DNA of 64,000 nucleotides from the NCBI RefSeq assembly GCF_003334405.1, contig NZ_QOWM01000009.1, one strand, 5' to 3'. The position numbers were made by a program, and so were the translations under genes. Shown in pieces: positions 35,674 through 45,208 of this stretch (positions are counted from its first letter, which is position 1; every line of letters begins with the position of its first letter). The notes below the pieces were generated by a model that was not told the DNA's origin, searched no databases, and worked only from the letters and a program-made list of their open reading frames with translations. Origin of the DNA: Escherichia coli (GTDB lineage Bacteria; Pseudomonadota; Gammaproteobacteria; Enterobacterales; Enterobacteriaceae).

Positions 35674-36848
35674 TTTGTGTGGTCCATAATATTTTTCATG
35701 GGAGGATAAATTGAGCCAGATGGAATGGCCCAGGGAGTGATTTTGCTTTCACCTACTAATATTCCCTTAGCTATTCGTGATTGCATGTTAGTAAAAACTT
35801 TATGATATGGTTCGTTTTCGATTAATACTAAATTTTCGAAATCATTAGTACCACCATCATCTAGAGATAGTTTATGGTGAACATTATAATTTAGAGGAAC
35901 ATTGCCCTTTCTCATTCTTAAAAGGTCTTCGGCGTTGAATCTTCCAGATGCTTCGGAGGTTTTTGCAAGTTTGATAAGAAAATTTTTTCTTACAGTTTTA
36001 TTAAACTCCTTTCGTAAGTTAGCTAAGTCTTTTGAAGGTCTCTTAATGTATATTATTTCTATTATGTCTATACCATCAAGAAGTTTTTGTTGACCTCTAA
36101 GTTTGCCTAAGTAACTATTTATTTCTGTATATGTATCAACATTAGAACGCTTTGTTAAAAGAATAGATGCTGTTGCTATCGCTATGCCCGCTGTTTTTTC
36201 ATTTAGTATTTGATCATAGCCTTTTATTGCATCTCCACCCAGTTTTTCCGCAGTATCTCTGAATCCTTCAATGTTCCCATTGTATACGCCACCAGCAGCA
36301 AGTAGCCTGCCAATAGCTTTGCTGTTTAACGTTTTGAAACGATTATTTGTTTGGTTTTTTGAATTTGGTAAAAACAAACGGTTATAATTTTCAGGGAGTG
36401 CCAAATAGCTGAACTCGGTATTTGCGATAAGATGTTGACAGAGGATAAATTCATAACTAATAGTTATTGTTTCTGTATCCAGTTGGTTTTCAATGATCTG
36501 GTGATGAATAGCCGATAAAAAAGCGCCTCTTAGTTGTATATAATAATACTTTTCCAATCTACCAAATCTATTTATTCGATAGAAGTCAAATCCCATAAAT
36601 AATTGTTCATTATTGTTAATGGAATTAATAAATAATGGAGTGCTTTTATCAATTAATTTACAAAATGTTATACCATGGAACTGTGAACCAAGCCCCGTAT
36701 TATTAATATTATTTAAGAGTGAGAATGTAAATATTTCATCCTCATGCCCGCTCTGCCAACGATTACCTGTAGACTCAGAAGTCCCACAACCTGCGGAGAT
36801 GCTTCCTTGTTGTTCTCCCGTTACTGTCAGGTAAACAATATTACTCAT
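35670..36848 (-). CDS. yhhZ: Hcp-domain protein fused to C-terminal HNH-type nuclease (polymorphic toxin, T6SS-effector-like)
   Basis: 392 aa; N-terminus MSNIVYLTVTGEQQGSISAG resembles Hcp; C-terminus NYNVHHKLSLDDGGTNDFENLVLIENEPYHK has an HNH-like His-Asn-His arrangement; strongly AT-rich. Confidence 0.75.
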   Translation of the reverse strand: MSNIVYLTVTGEQQGSISAGCGTSESTGNRWQSGHEDEIFTFSLLNNINNTGLGSQFHGITFCKLIDKSTPLFINSINNNEQLFMGFDFYRINRFGRLEKYYYIQLRGAFLSAIHHQIIENQLDTETITISYEFILCQHLIANTEFSYLALPENYNRLFLPNSKNQTNNRFKTLNSKAIGRLLAAGGVYNGNIEGFRDTAEKLGGDAIKGYDQILNEKTAGIAIATASILLTKRSNVDTYTEINSYLGKLRGQQKLLDGIDIIEIIYIKRPSKDLANLRKEFNKTVRKNFLIKLAKTSEASGRFNAEDLLRMRKGNVPLNYNVHHKLSLDDGGTNDFENLVLIENEPYHKVFTNMQSRIAKGILVGESKITPWAIPSGSIYPPMKNIMDHTK

Positions 36849-37084
36849 CCCTGAAAAGTCCTTTTATGGCATGCTATTTTATCAATGGCAATATTATGCT
36901 TGTTAATTGTTATTTATTTACTCCAGGAAATTGTAGGCGTATATATTAAAAAATAAAATATTACACTTTAGGAAGTAATTATGAGTTAAATCTCAATATA
37001 TGTATTGGGCAAATAAATACCTTAAAGGAAGGTATGTCGATTTTGAATGACACCCTTTTTCCATCTCAGAAAAAGGGCACTATC

Positions 37085-37573
37085 TTACTTCACCCGCGCC
37101 ATATAATATGCATCGACATATTCACCATTACGCAATGCGTACTTCTTACCAGTCCCTTCAATTTCAAAGCCGTATTTTTTATAGACCTTAATTGCCGGGG
37201 CGTTATCGACAAACACGGTTAGTTCAATGCGATCTACCCGCAACCAGTTGTCGCACATTTCAATCATCTCTCGCATCAGGGCGCTGGCGACGCCGCGGTT
37301 CTTCCAACGAGAGTCGACACAGATACCAAAATCGGCAACATGACTGCGGCGTGGGCGCTGTTGCACGTCAATGGTGAGATGGCCCACGACGTCTCCATCA
37401 ATACAGGCGACGAGTTGCTTGATGCCGGGACGATCGGCGAGTCGCTCCTGCCACATATGATCGGAAGGATGAGGCACCTGTAGTGTGTTGCAATACACCT
37501 CCGGCTGGGCGTGAATCTGCCTGATGGCCTCGTAATCCCGTGTTTCTGCGTGGCGTATTACTATCTCACTCAT
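37085..37573 (-). CDS. yhhY: GNAT-family N-acetyltransferase
   Basis: Start at MSEIVIRHAETRDYEAIRQIH (162 aa) with AAGGA RBS upstream; acetyl-CoA binding motif RWKNRGVASALMRE. Confidence 0.85.
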   Translation of the reverse strand: MSEIVIRHAETRDYEAIRQIHAQPEVYCNTLQVPHPSDHMWQERLADRPGIKQLVACIDGDVVGHLTIDVQQRPRRSHVADFGICVDSRWKNRGVASALMREMIEMCDNWLRVDRIELTVFVDNAPAIKVYKKYGFEIEGTGKKYALRNGEYVDAYYMARVK

Positions 37574-37657
37574 TCCTTTGTCCTCTTTGGGGTAAATGTC
37601 CCTTTCAACATCATTGACTTTCAAATGCGAGTCAAATGCATTTTTTTGCAAAAAGTG

Positions 37658-37694
37658 TTGGACAAGTGCGAATGAGAATGATTATTATTGTCTC
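37658..37694 (+). promoter_or_regulatory. ryhB promoter with overlapping Fur box
   Basis: gcgaatgagaatgattattattgtc matches Fur box consensus GATAATGATAATCATTATC; -35-like ttggaca and -10-like tattat just upstream of the RyhB 5' end. Confidence 0.75.
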
Positions 37695-37785
37695 GCGATC
37701 AGGAAGACCCTCGCGGAGAACCTGAAAGCACGACATTGCTCACATTGCTTCCAGTATTACTTAGCCAGCCGGGTGCTGGCTTTTT
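37695..37785 (+). ncRNA. ryhB: RyhB small RNA (Fur-repressed, Hfq-dependent iron-sparing sRNA)
   Basis: GCGATCAGGAAGACCCTCGCGGAGAACCTGAAAGCACGACATTGCTCACATTGCTTCCAGTATTACTTAGCCAGCCGGGTGCTGGCTTTT matches RyhB as I recall it, with terminal GC stem (gccagccgggtgctggc) and U-tract; between yhhY and yhhX as in K-12. Confidence 0.88.
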
Positions 37786-37905
37786 TTTTGATCTTTCGTT
37801 CTCAATTTATCCACGGGAGTGCTTGTGTTCGTTATGCGCACTCCAGTAGGAACCACGTCCGCTTTGCGCTAAGGTGTAAATAACCACCTTAAAAAGGACG
37901 AAATC

Positions 37906-38943
37906 ATGGTCATCAACTGCGCCTTTATTGGCTTCGGCAAAAGCACCACCCGTTACCATCTGCCGTATGTACTTAACCGCAAGGATAGCTGGCATGTCGC
38001 GCATATTTTTCGTCGCCATGCGAAGCCGGAAGAACAGGCTCCCATTTATTCCCATATCCATTTCACCAGCGATCTCGACGAAGTACTAAACGATCCCGAT
38101 GTTAAGCTGGTTGTTGTCTGCACCCACGCGGACAGCCATTTCGAGTACGCGAAACGCGCGCTGGAAGCCGGGAAAAATGTGCTGGTCGAAAAACCGTTCA
38201 CTCCGACACTTGCGCAGGCGAAAGAGCTGTTTGCGTTGGCGAAAAGCAAAGGGCTGACCGTCACGCCGTATCAGAATCGTCGCTTTGACTCCTGCTTCCT
38301 GACAGCGAAAAAAGCGATTGAAAGTGGCAAGTTGGGAGAGATTGTTGAAGTGGAAAGCCATTTTGACTATTACCGCCCGGTGGCAGAAACCAAACCTGGG
38401 CTGCCGCAGGATGGCGCGTTTTATGGCCTTGGTGTGCATACGATGGACCAGATTATTTCTCTGTTCGGTCGCCCGGATCACGTCGCTTATGACATCCGCA
38501 GCCTGCGTAATAAAGCCAATCCTGACGACACCTTTGAAGCGCAACTGTTTTATGGCGACCTGAAAGCCATCGTCAAAACCAGCCATCTGGTGAAAATCGA
38601 TTATCCGAAATTTATCGTTCACGGTAAGAAAGGTTCGTTTATTAAATACGGTATCGACCAGCAGGAAACCAGCCTGAAGGCTAATATTATGCCGGGCGAA
38701 CCGGGATTCGCAGCGGATGATTCGGTCGGTGTGCTGGAGTATGTCAATGACGAGGGCGTGACGGTCAGAGAAGAGATGAAGCCGGAGATGGGCGATTACG
38801 GGCGCGTTTATGATGCGTTGTATCAAACCATCACCCACGGTGCGCCAAATTACGTCAAGGAATCTGAAGTTCTTACCAATCTGGAAATCCTTGAACGCGG
38901 ATTTGAGCAAGCCTCTCCCTCCACAGTAACTCTCGCTAAGTAA
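37906..38943 (+). CDS. yhhX: Gfo/Idh/MocA-family NAD(P)-dependent oxidoreductase
   Basis: 345 aa; N-terminal Rossmann motif INCAFIGFGKSTTRYHLP. Confidence 0.85.
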   Translation: MVINCAFIGFGKSTTRYHLPYVLNRKDSWHVAHIFRRHAKPEEQAPIYSHIHFTSDLDEVLNDPDVKLVVVCTHADSHFEYAKRALEAGKNVLVEKPFTPTLAQAKELFALAKSKGLTVTPYQNRRFDSCFLTAKKAIESGKLGEIVEVESHFDYYRPVAETKPGLPQDGAFYGLGVHTMDQIISLFGRPDHVAYDIRSLRNKANPDDTFEAQLFYGDLKAIVKTSHLVKIDYPKFIVHGKKGSFIKYGIDQQETSLKANIMPGEPGFAADDSVGVLEYVNDEGVTVREEMKPEMGDYGRVYDALYQTITHGAPNYVKESEVLTNLEILERGFEQASPSTVTLAK

Positions 38944-39065
38944 GTTTGATGGCCCCTCGAATAGTTCAATTTTTTTGAACAGAGGGGTCAATTTTCACCC
39001 TCTATCATCCCAGGCAGATCGGGTCCACACTAAGCCCATCGAAATCATTCAGGGGGCGAATACAA

Positions 39066-39761
39066 ATGATCTACTTACGCAAAGCAAATGAACGTGGTCA
39101 TGCAAATCATGGCTGGCTGGACTCCTGGCATACTTTCTCTTTTGCCAACTATTACGATCCGAACTTTATGGGCTTCTCCGCGCTGCGCGTGATTAACGAC
39201 GACGTGATTGAAGCAGGGCAGGGCTTCGGCACTCACCCGCATAAAGATATGGAAATTTTGACCTACGTGCTGGAAGGTACTGTTGAGCATCAGGACAGCA
39301 TGGGCAATAAAGAGCAGGTTCCGGCGGGTGAGTTCCAGATTATGAGTGCTGGTACGGGTATTCGTCACTCAGAGTACAACCCAAGCAGCACCGAGCGTCT
39401 GCATCTGTATCAGATCTGGATCATGCCTGAAGAAAACGGTATTACGCCGCGTTATGAACAGCGTCGCTTCGATGCCGTACAGGGCAAACAGCTGGTGCTC
39501 TCGCCGGATGCGCGAGATGGTTCATTGAAAGTGCATCAGGATATGGAACTGTACCGCTGGGCGTTGCTGAAAGATGAGCAGTCGGTGCATCAGATTGCCG
39601 CTGAACGCCGCGTCTGGATCCAGGTGGTGAAAGGCAATGTCACCATTAACGGCGTGAAAGCCTCGACCAGCGATGGTCTGGCAATCTGGGATGAGCAGGC
39701 AATCTCCATCCATGCGGATAGCGACAGCGAAGTGTTACTGTTCGATCTGCCGCCGGTTTAA
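39066..39761 (+). CDS. yhhW: Pirin-like protein (quercetin 2,3-dioxygenase)
   Basis: 231 aa; cupin metal-binding His motif FGTHPHKDMEILTYVLEG. Confidence 0.88.
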   Translation: MIYLRKANERGHANHGWLDSWHTFSFANYYDPNFMGFSALRVINDDVIEAGQGFGTHPHKDMEILTYVLEGTVEHQDSMGNKEQVPAGEFQIMSAGTGIRHSEYNPSSTERLHLYQIWIMPEENGITPRYEQRRFDAVQGKQLVLSPDARDGSLKVHQDMELYRWALLKDEQSVHQIAAERRVWIQVVKGNVTINGVKASTSDGLAIWDEQAISIHADSDSEVLLFDLPPV

Positions 39762-39984
39762 AACTCAACGGCATCTTTGAAGCCTGCCTTTTTGCAGGCT
39801 TCCTCGCTCGCTCCGGTCGCGTGCTGATGTACGCTTCCGGGGTTTTGCCGCGTCGTTAGCACAATGCGATGCAATTGATTTAGTGTATATCTAATAATTG
39901 TAAACAAGCACTGTTTTCCCCGGGAAGGTTCTGATGTGTCCGTGTTAAACTAAGAGAATCTATCTCTTTTGTACCTTCAGGACG

Positions 39985-40980
39985 ATGAAAAAGAAAAGAC
40001 CCGTACTTCAGGATGTGGCTGACCGTGTAGGCGTGACCAAAATGACGGTCAGCCGTTTTTTACGCAACCCGGAGCAGGTTTCCGTCGCTCTACGCGGCAA
40101 GATTGCCGCGGCTCTTGATGAACTGGGCTATATTCCCAATCGTGCGCCCGATATCCTCTCTAACGCCACCAGCCGGGCGATTGGCGTCCTGTTACCTTCT
40201 CTCACCAACCAGGTTTTCGCGGAAGTATTACGCGGAATCGAAAGCGTCACCGACGCGCACGGTTATCAGACCATGCTGGCGCACTACGGTTATAAACCGG
40301 AAATGGAGCAAGAACGCCTCGAATCCATGCTCTCCTGGAATATCGACGGCCTGATCCTCACCGAACGTACCCACACGCCGCGCACCTTAAAGATGATTGA
40401 AGTGGCGGGTATTCCCGTGGTGGAACTGATGGACAGCAAGTCGCCATGCCTTGATATCGCCGTCGGTTTTGATAACTTTGAAGCAGCACGCCAGATGACC
40501 ACTGCCATTATTGCTCGCGGGCATCGCCACATTGCCTATCTCGGCGCACGTCTCGACGAACGTACTATCATCAAACAGAAGGGATACGAACAGGCGATGC
40601 TGGATGCAGGCCTGGTGCCATATAGCGTGATGGTTGAGCAATCTTCTTCTTACTCTTCCGGTATTGAACTGATTCGCCAGGCGCGGCGGGAATATCCGCA
40701 GCTGGATGGCGTGTTCTGTACGAATGATGACCTGGCGGTCGGCGCGGCGTTTGAATGTCAGCGTCTGGGGTTAAAAGTTCCTGACGATATGGCGATTGCC
40801 GGTTTCCACGGTCATGACATTGGTCAGGTGATGGAGCCACGACTTGCGAGCGTGCTGACGCCGCGTGAGCGGATGGGCAGTATTGGCGCTGAACGCCTGC
40901 TGGCGCGTATTCGTGGCGAATCTGTGACACCGAAAATGTTAGATTTAGGTTTCACCTTGTCACCGGGCGGATCTATTTAA
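39985..40980 (+). CDS. gntR: Gluconate repressor (LacI family)
   Basis: 331 aa; N-terminal HTH LQDVADRVGVTKMTVSRFL. Confidence 0.93.
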   Translation: MKKKRPVLQDVADRVGVTKMTVSRFLRNPEQVSVALRGKIAAALDELGYIPNRAPDILSNATSRAIGVLLPSLTNQVFAEVLRGIESVTDAHGYQTMLAHYGYKPEMEQERLESMLSWNIDGLILTERTHTPRTLKMIEVAGIPVVELMDSKSPCLDIAVGFDNFEAARQMTTAIIARGHRHIAYLGARLDERTIIKQKGYEQAMLDAGLVPYSVMVEQSSSYSSGIELIRQARREYPQLDGVFCTNDDLAVGAAFECQRLGLKVPDDMAIAGFHGHDIGQVMEPRLASVLTPRERMGSIGAERLLARIRGESVTPKMLDLGFTLSPGGSI

Positions 40981-41058
40981 GCCCACAAATTTGAAGTAGC
41001 TCACACTTATACACTTAAGGCATGGATGGATATTGCTTCTGATATTGTCCGGCTGGAC

Positions 41059-41089
41059 AATGTTACCGATAACAGTTACCCGTAACATT
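41059..41089 (+). promoter_or_regulatory. Tandem GntR operator sites in gntKU promoter
   Basis: aATGTTACCGATAACAgTTACCCGTAACATt, two overlapping palindromic half-site pairs ~30-60 bp upstream of gntK start. Confidence 0.7.
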
Positions 41090-41118
41090 TTTAATTCTTG
41101 TATTGTGGGGGCACCACT

Positions 41119-41646
41119 TTGAGCACGACTAACCATGATCACCACATTTACGTCTTGATGGGCGTATCGGGCAGCGGCAAATCTGCGGTCGCCAGTGAAG
41201 TGGCGCATCAACTTCATGCCGCGTTTCTTGATGGCGATTTCCTCCATCCACGGCGCAATATCGAAAAAATGGCGTCTGGCGAACCACTGAATGACGACGA
41301 TCGCAAACCGTGGTTGCAGGCGCTGAACGACGCCGCGTTTGCTATGCAGCGCACTAATAAAGTGTCGCTGATCGTCTGTTCTGCATTGAAAAAACACTAT
41401 CGCGACTTGCTGCGTGAAGGTAATCCGAATCTCTCTTTCATCTATTTGAAAGGCGATTTTGATGTGATTGAAAGCCGCCTGAAAGCGCGCAAAGGCCATT
41501 TCTTTAAAACCCAAATGTTGGTGACGCAGTTTGAAACGCTGCAGGAGCCGGGTGCGGACGAAACCGATGTACTGGTGGTGGATATCGATCAACCGCTGGA
41601 AGGTGTTGTGGCAAGCACCATTGAGGTTATTAAAAAAGGCAAATAA
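41119..41646 (+). CDS. gntK: Thermoresistant gluconokinase
   Basis: Start placed at TTG (LSTTNHDHHIYVLMGVSGSGKSAV, 175 aa); P-loop GVSGSGKS. Confidence 0.85.
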   Translation: MSTTNHDHHIYVLMGVSGSGKSAVASEVAHQLHAAFLDGDFLHPRRNIEKMASGEPLNDDDRKPWLQALNDAAFAMQRTNKVSLIVCSALKKHYRDLLREGNPNLSFIYLKGDFDVIESRLKARKGHFFKTQMLVTQFETLQEPGADETDVLVVDIDQPLEGVVASTIEVIKKGK

Positions 41647-41649
41647 GTA

Positions 41650-42990
41650 GTGACTACATTAACGCTTGTTTTAACAGCAGTAGGGTCTGTTTTACTGCTG
41701 CTGTTTTTAGTCATGAAGGCGCGTATGCACGCTTTCCTGGCTTTAATGGTGGTGTCCATGGGGGCTGGCCTTTTTTCTGGTATGCCGCTCGATAAAATCG
41801 CAGCGACGATGGAAAAAGGGATGGGAGGCACCCTCGGCTTCCTGGCGGTGGTTGTCGCCCTGGGAGCTATGTTTGGCAAGATCTTACATGAAACCGGCGC
41901 AGTCGATCAGATTGCCGTCAAAATGCTCAAATCCTTCGGTCACAGCCGCGCGCATTATGCCATCGGCCTTGCGGGGCTGGTCTGTGCGCTACCGCTGTTC
42001 TTTGAAGTGGCGATAGTTCTGCTGATTAGCGTTGCTTTCTCAATGGCGCGCCACACCGGTACGAACCTGGTGAAGCTGGTAATCCCATTATTTGCAGGCG
42101 TGGCGGCAGCGGCGGCATTTCTGGTGCCTGGACCAGCGCCGATGCTGCTGGCATCGCAGATGAATGCCGACTTTGGCTGGATGATCCTGATTGGCCTGTG
42201 TGCGGCAATTCCGGGAATGATTATTGCCGGGCCGCTGTGGGGTAACTTCATCAGCCGTTACGTTGAGCTGCATATTCCTGACGACATCAGCGAACCGCAT
42301 CTCGGCGAAGGCAAAATGCCATCTTTCGGATTCAGCCTGTCGCTGATCCTGCTGCCGCTGGTGCTGGTAGGGCTGAAAACCATTGCCGCGCGTTTTGTGC
42401 CGGAAGGATCAACTGCTTACGAATGGTTTGAGTTTATCGGTCATCCGTTTACCGCGATTCTGGTTGCTTGTCTGGTGGCGATTTACGGTCTGGCAATGCG
42501 TCAGGGCATGCCAAAAGACAAAGTGATGGAGATTTGCGGTCACGCGCTGCAACCGGCGGGGATCATTCTGCTGGTGATTGGTGCGGGCGGCGTGTTCAAA
42601 CAGGTGCTGGTTGACTCTGGCGTAGGTCCGGCACTGGGCGAAGCGTTAACCGGCATGGGCCTGCCGATTGCTATCACCTGCTTCGTGCTGGCAGCTGCAG
42701 TGCGCATCATTCAGGGTTCTGCCACCGTAGCCTGTTTAACGGCGGTAGGACTGGTGATGCCGGTTATTGAACAACTGAACTACTCCGGTGCGCAAATGGC
42801 GGCGCTGTCGATTTGTATCGCTGGTGGTTCGATTGTTGTCAGCCACGTTAACGACGCCGGTTTCTGGTTGTTCGGTAAATTTACCGGCGCGACCGAAGCC
42901 GAAACGCTGAAAACCTGGACCATGATGGAAACCATCCTCGGCACTGTCGGTGCCATCGTTGGGATGATTGCGTTCCAGCTGTTGAGTTAA
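41650..42990 (+). CDS. gntU: Low-affinity gluconate transporter (GntP family)
   Basis: 446 aa multi-TM; 3 bp after gntK stop; GTG start. Confidence 0.9.
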   Translation: MTTLTLVLTAVGSVLLLLFLVMKARMHAFLALMVVSMGAGLFSGMPLDKIAATMEKGMGGTLGFLAVVVALGAMFGKILHETGAVDQIAVKMLKSFGHSRAHYAIGLAGLVCALPLFFEVAIVLLISVAFSMARHTGTNLVKLVIPLFAGVAAAAAFLVPGPAPMLLASQMNADFGWMILIGLCAAIPGMIIAGPLWGNFISRYVELHIPDDISEPHLGEGKMPSFGFSLSLILLPLVLVGLKTIAARFVPEGSTAYEWFEFIGHPFTAILVACLVAIYGLAMRQGMPKDKVMEICGHALQPAGIILLVIGAGGVFKQVLVDSGVGPALGEALTGMGLPIAITCFVLAAAVRIIQGSATVACLTAVGLVMPVIEQLNYSGAQMAALSICIAGGSIVVSHVNDAGFWLFGKFTGATEAETLKTWTMMETILGTVGAIVGMIAFQLLS

Positions 42991-42999
42991 GTTTGTTCG

Positions 43000-43030
43000 C
43001 CCGGTAGTTGTGACGCTACCGGGTTCTTTT
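43000..43030. terminator. Bidirectional terminator between convergent gntU and yhgN
   Basis: cccggtagttgtgacgctaccggg hairpin followed by ttctttt. Confidence 0.6.
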
Positions 43031-43046
43031 CGAAAAACTCTCCTCG

Positions 43047-43640
43047 TTACCCCTTCATCCACATTCGAATGCCGTCGAGGAACATCTGGGTTGCCATCAT
43101 CACCAGAATCAATCCCATCAGGCGTTCAAGTGCGTTCACCCCTTTCTCGCCCAGCAGACGTAAAAATAGCGAAGACTGTAGCAGGATGACAAAGGTGCCG
43201 CCCCAGGCCAGCAGCAGAGCAATCACCAGATGCCCCATCTGATTCGGGTACTGATGAGACAACAACATCAGCGTGGCGAGAATAGTCGGCCCGGCGACTA
43301 ACGGAATTGCCAACGGCACGATAAATGGCTCTTCACCTGCCGGAAGCCCGCTGCTATTTCCTGAAGCGCTGGGGAAAATCATTTTAATGGCGATCAGAAA
43401 CAGAATGATGCCGCCAGAAATGGAGACGGTTTCTGCTCGTAGGCTAAGAAATGCCAGAATTTTCTCACCCGCAAACAGGAACACCAGCATCACCAGGAGA
43501 GCAATAAGCAACTCTCGCACCATGATTGCCCGCCGTCTTTTCGGTTCAGTATGTTTCAGTACGGACATGAAAATAGGTAGGTTTCCGAGCGGATCCATAA
43601 TCAGGATCAATAAAACTGCTGCAGAAATGATTTCATTCAT
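43047..43640 (-). CDS. yhgN: MarC-family inner membrane protein
   Basis: 197 aa hydrophobic ORF. Confidence 0.85.
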   Translation of the reverse strand: MNEIISAAVLLILIMDPLGNLPIFMSVLKHTEPKRRRAIMVRELLIALLVMLVFLFAGEKILAFLSLRAETVSISGGIILFLIAIKMIFPSASGNSSGLPAGEEPFIVPLAIPLVAGPTILATLMLLSHQYPNQMGHLVIALLLAWGGTFVILLQSSLFLRLLGEKGVNALERLMGLILVMMATQMFLDGIRMWMKG

Positions 43641-43832
43641 AACTCAAATTCCCTGATAATTGCCGCGGACTTTCTGCGTGCTAACAAAGCAGGATAAGTC
43701 GCATTACTGATGGCTTCGCTATCATTGATTAATTTCACTTGCGACTTTGGCTGCTTTTTGTATGGTGAAAGATGTGCCAAGAGGAGACCGGCACATTTAT
43801 ACAGCACACATCTTTGCAGGAAAAAAACGCTT

Positions 43833-44936
43833 ATGAAAAATGTTGGTTTTATCGGCTGGCGCGGTATGGTCGGCTCCGTTCTCATGCAACGCATGGTTGA
43901 AGAGCGCGACTTCGACGCCATTCGCCCTGTCTTCTTTTCTACTTCTCAGCTTGGCCAGGCTGCGCCGTCTTTTGGCGGAACCACTGGCACACTTCAGGAT
44001 GCCTTTGATCTGGAGGCGCTAAAGGCCCTCGATATCATTGTGACCTGTCAGGGCGGCGATTATACCAACGAAATCTATCCAAAGCTTCGTGAAAGCGGAT
44101 GGCAAGGTTACTGGATTGACGCAGCATCGTCTCTGCGCATGAAAGATGACGCCATCATCATTCTTGACCCCGTCAATCAGGACGTCATTACCGACGGATT
44201 AAATAATGGCATCAGGACTTTTGTTGGCGGTAACTGTACCGTAAGCCTGATGTTGATGTCGTTGGGTGGTTTATTCGCCAATGATCTTGTTGATTGGGTG
44301 TCCGTTGCAACCTACCAGGCCGCTTCCGGCGGTGGTGCGCGACATATGCGTGAGTTATTAACCCAGATGGGCCATCTGTATGGCCATGTGGCAGATGAAC
44401 TCGCGACCCCGTCCTCTGCTATTCTCGATATCGAACGCAAAGTCACAACCTTAACCCGTAGCGGTGAGCTGCCGGTGGATAACTTTGGCGTGCCGCTGGC
44501 GGGTAGCCTGATTCCGTGGATCGACAAACAGCTCGATAACGGTCAGAGCCGCGAAGAGTGGAAAGGGCAGGCGGAAACCAACAAGATCCTCAACACATCT
44601 TCCGTAATTCCGGTAGATGGTTTATGTGTGCGTGTCGGGGCATTGCGCTGCCACAGCCAGGCATTCACTATTAAATTGAAAAAAGATGTGTCTATTCCGA
44701 CCGTGGAAGAACTGCTGGCTGCGCACAATCCGTGGGCGAAAGTCGTTCCGAACGATCGGGAAATCACTATGCGTGAGCTAACCCCAGCTGCCGTTACCGG
44801 CACGCTGACCACGCCGGTAGGCCGCCTGCGTAAGCTGAATATGGGACCAGAGTTCCTGTCAGCCTTTACCGTGGGCGACCAGCTGCTGTGGGGGGCCGCG
44901 GAGCCGCTGCGTCGGATGCTTCGTCAACTGGCGTAA
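43833..44936 (+). CDS. asd: Aspartate-semialdehyde dehydrogenase
   Basis: Start at [17 protein letters not shown] (367 aa); NAD-binding N-terminus; active-site Cys region GGNCTVSLM. Confidence 0.95.
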
Positions 44937-44954
44937 TCTTTATTCATTAAATCT

Positions 44955-44978
44955 GGGGCGCGATGCCGCCCCTGTTAG
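44955..44978 (+). terminator. Putative asd terminator hairpin
   Basis: ggggcgcgatgccgcccc inverted repeat immediately after asd stop. Confidence 0.5.
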
Positions 44979-45208
44979 TGCGTAATACAGGAGTAAGCGC
45001 AGATGTTTCATGATTTACCGGGAGTTAAATAGAGCATTGGCTATTCTTTAAGGGTGGCTGAATACATGAGTATTCACAGCCTTACCTGAAGTGAGGACGA
45101 CGCAGAGAGGATGCACAGAGTGCTGCGCCGTTCAGGTCAAAAAAATGTCACAACCAGAAGTCAAAAATCCAATTGGATGGGGTGACACAATAAAACAGGA
45201 AGACAAGC

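Noticed and set aside
38086-38991. 301-aa ORF on minus strand
   Set aside because: Antisense to yhhX, which has a clear Rossmann-fold N-terminus; no independent start or RBS.
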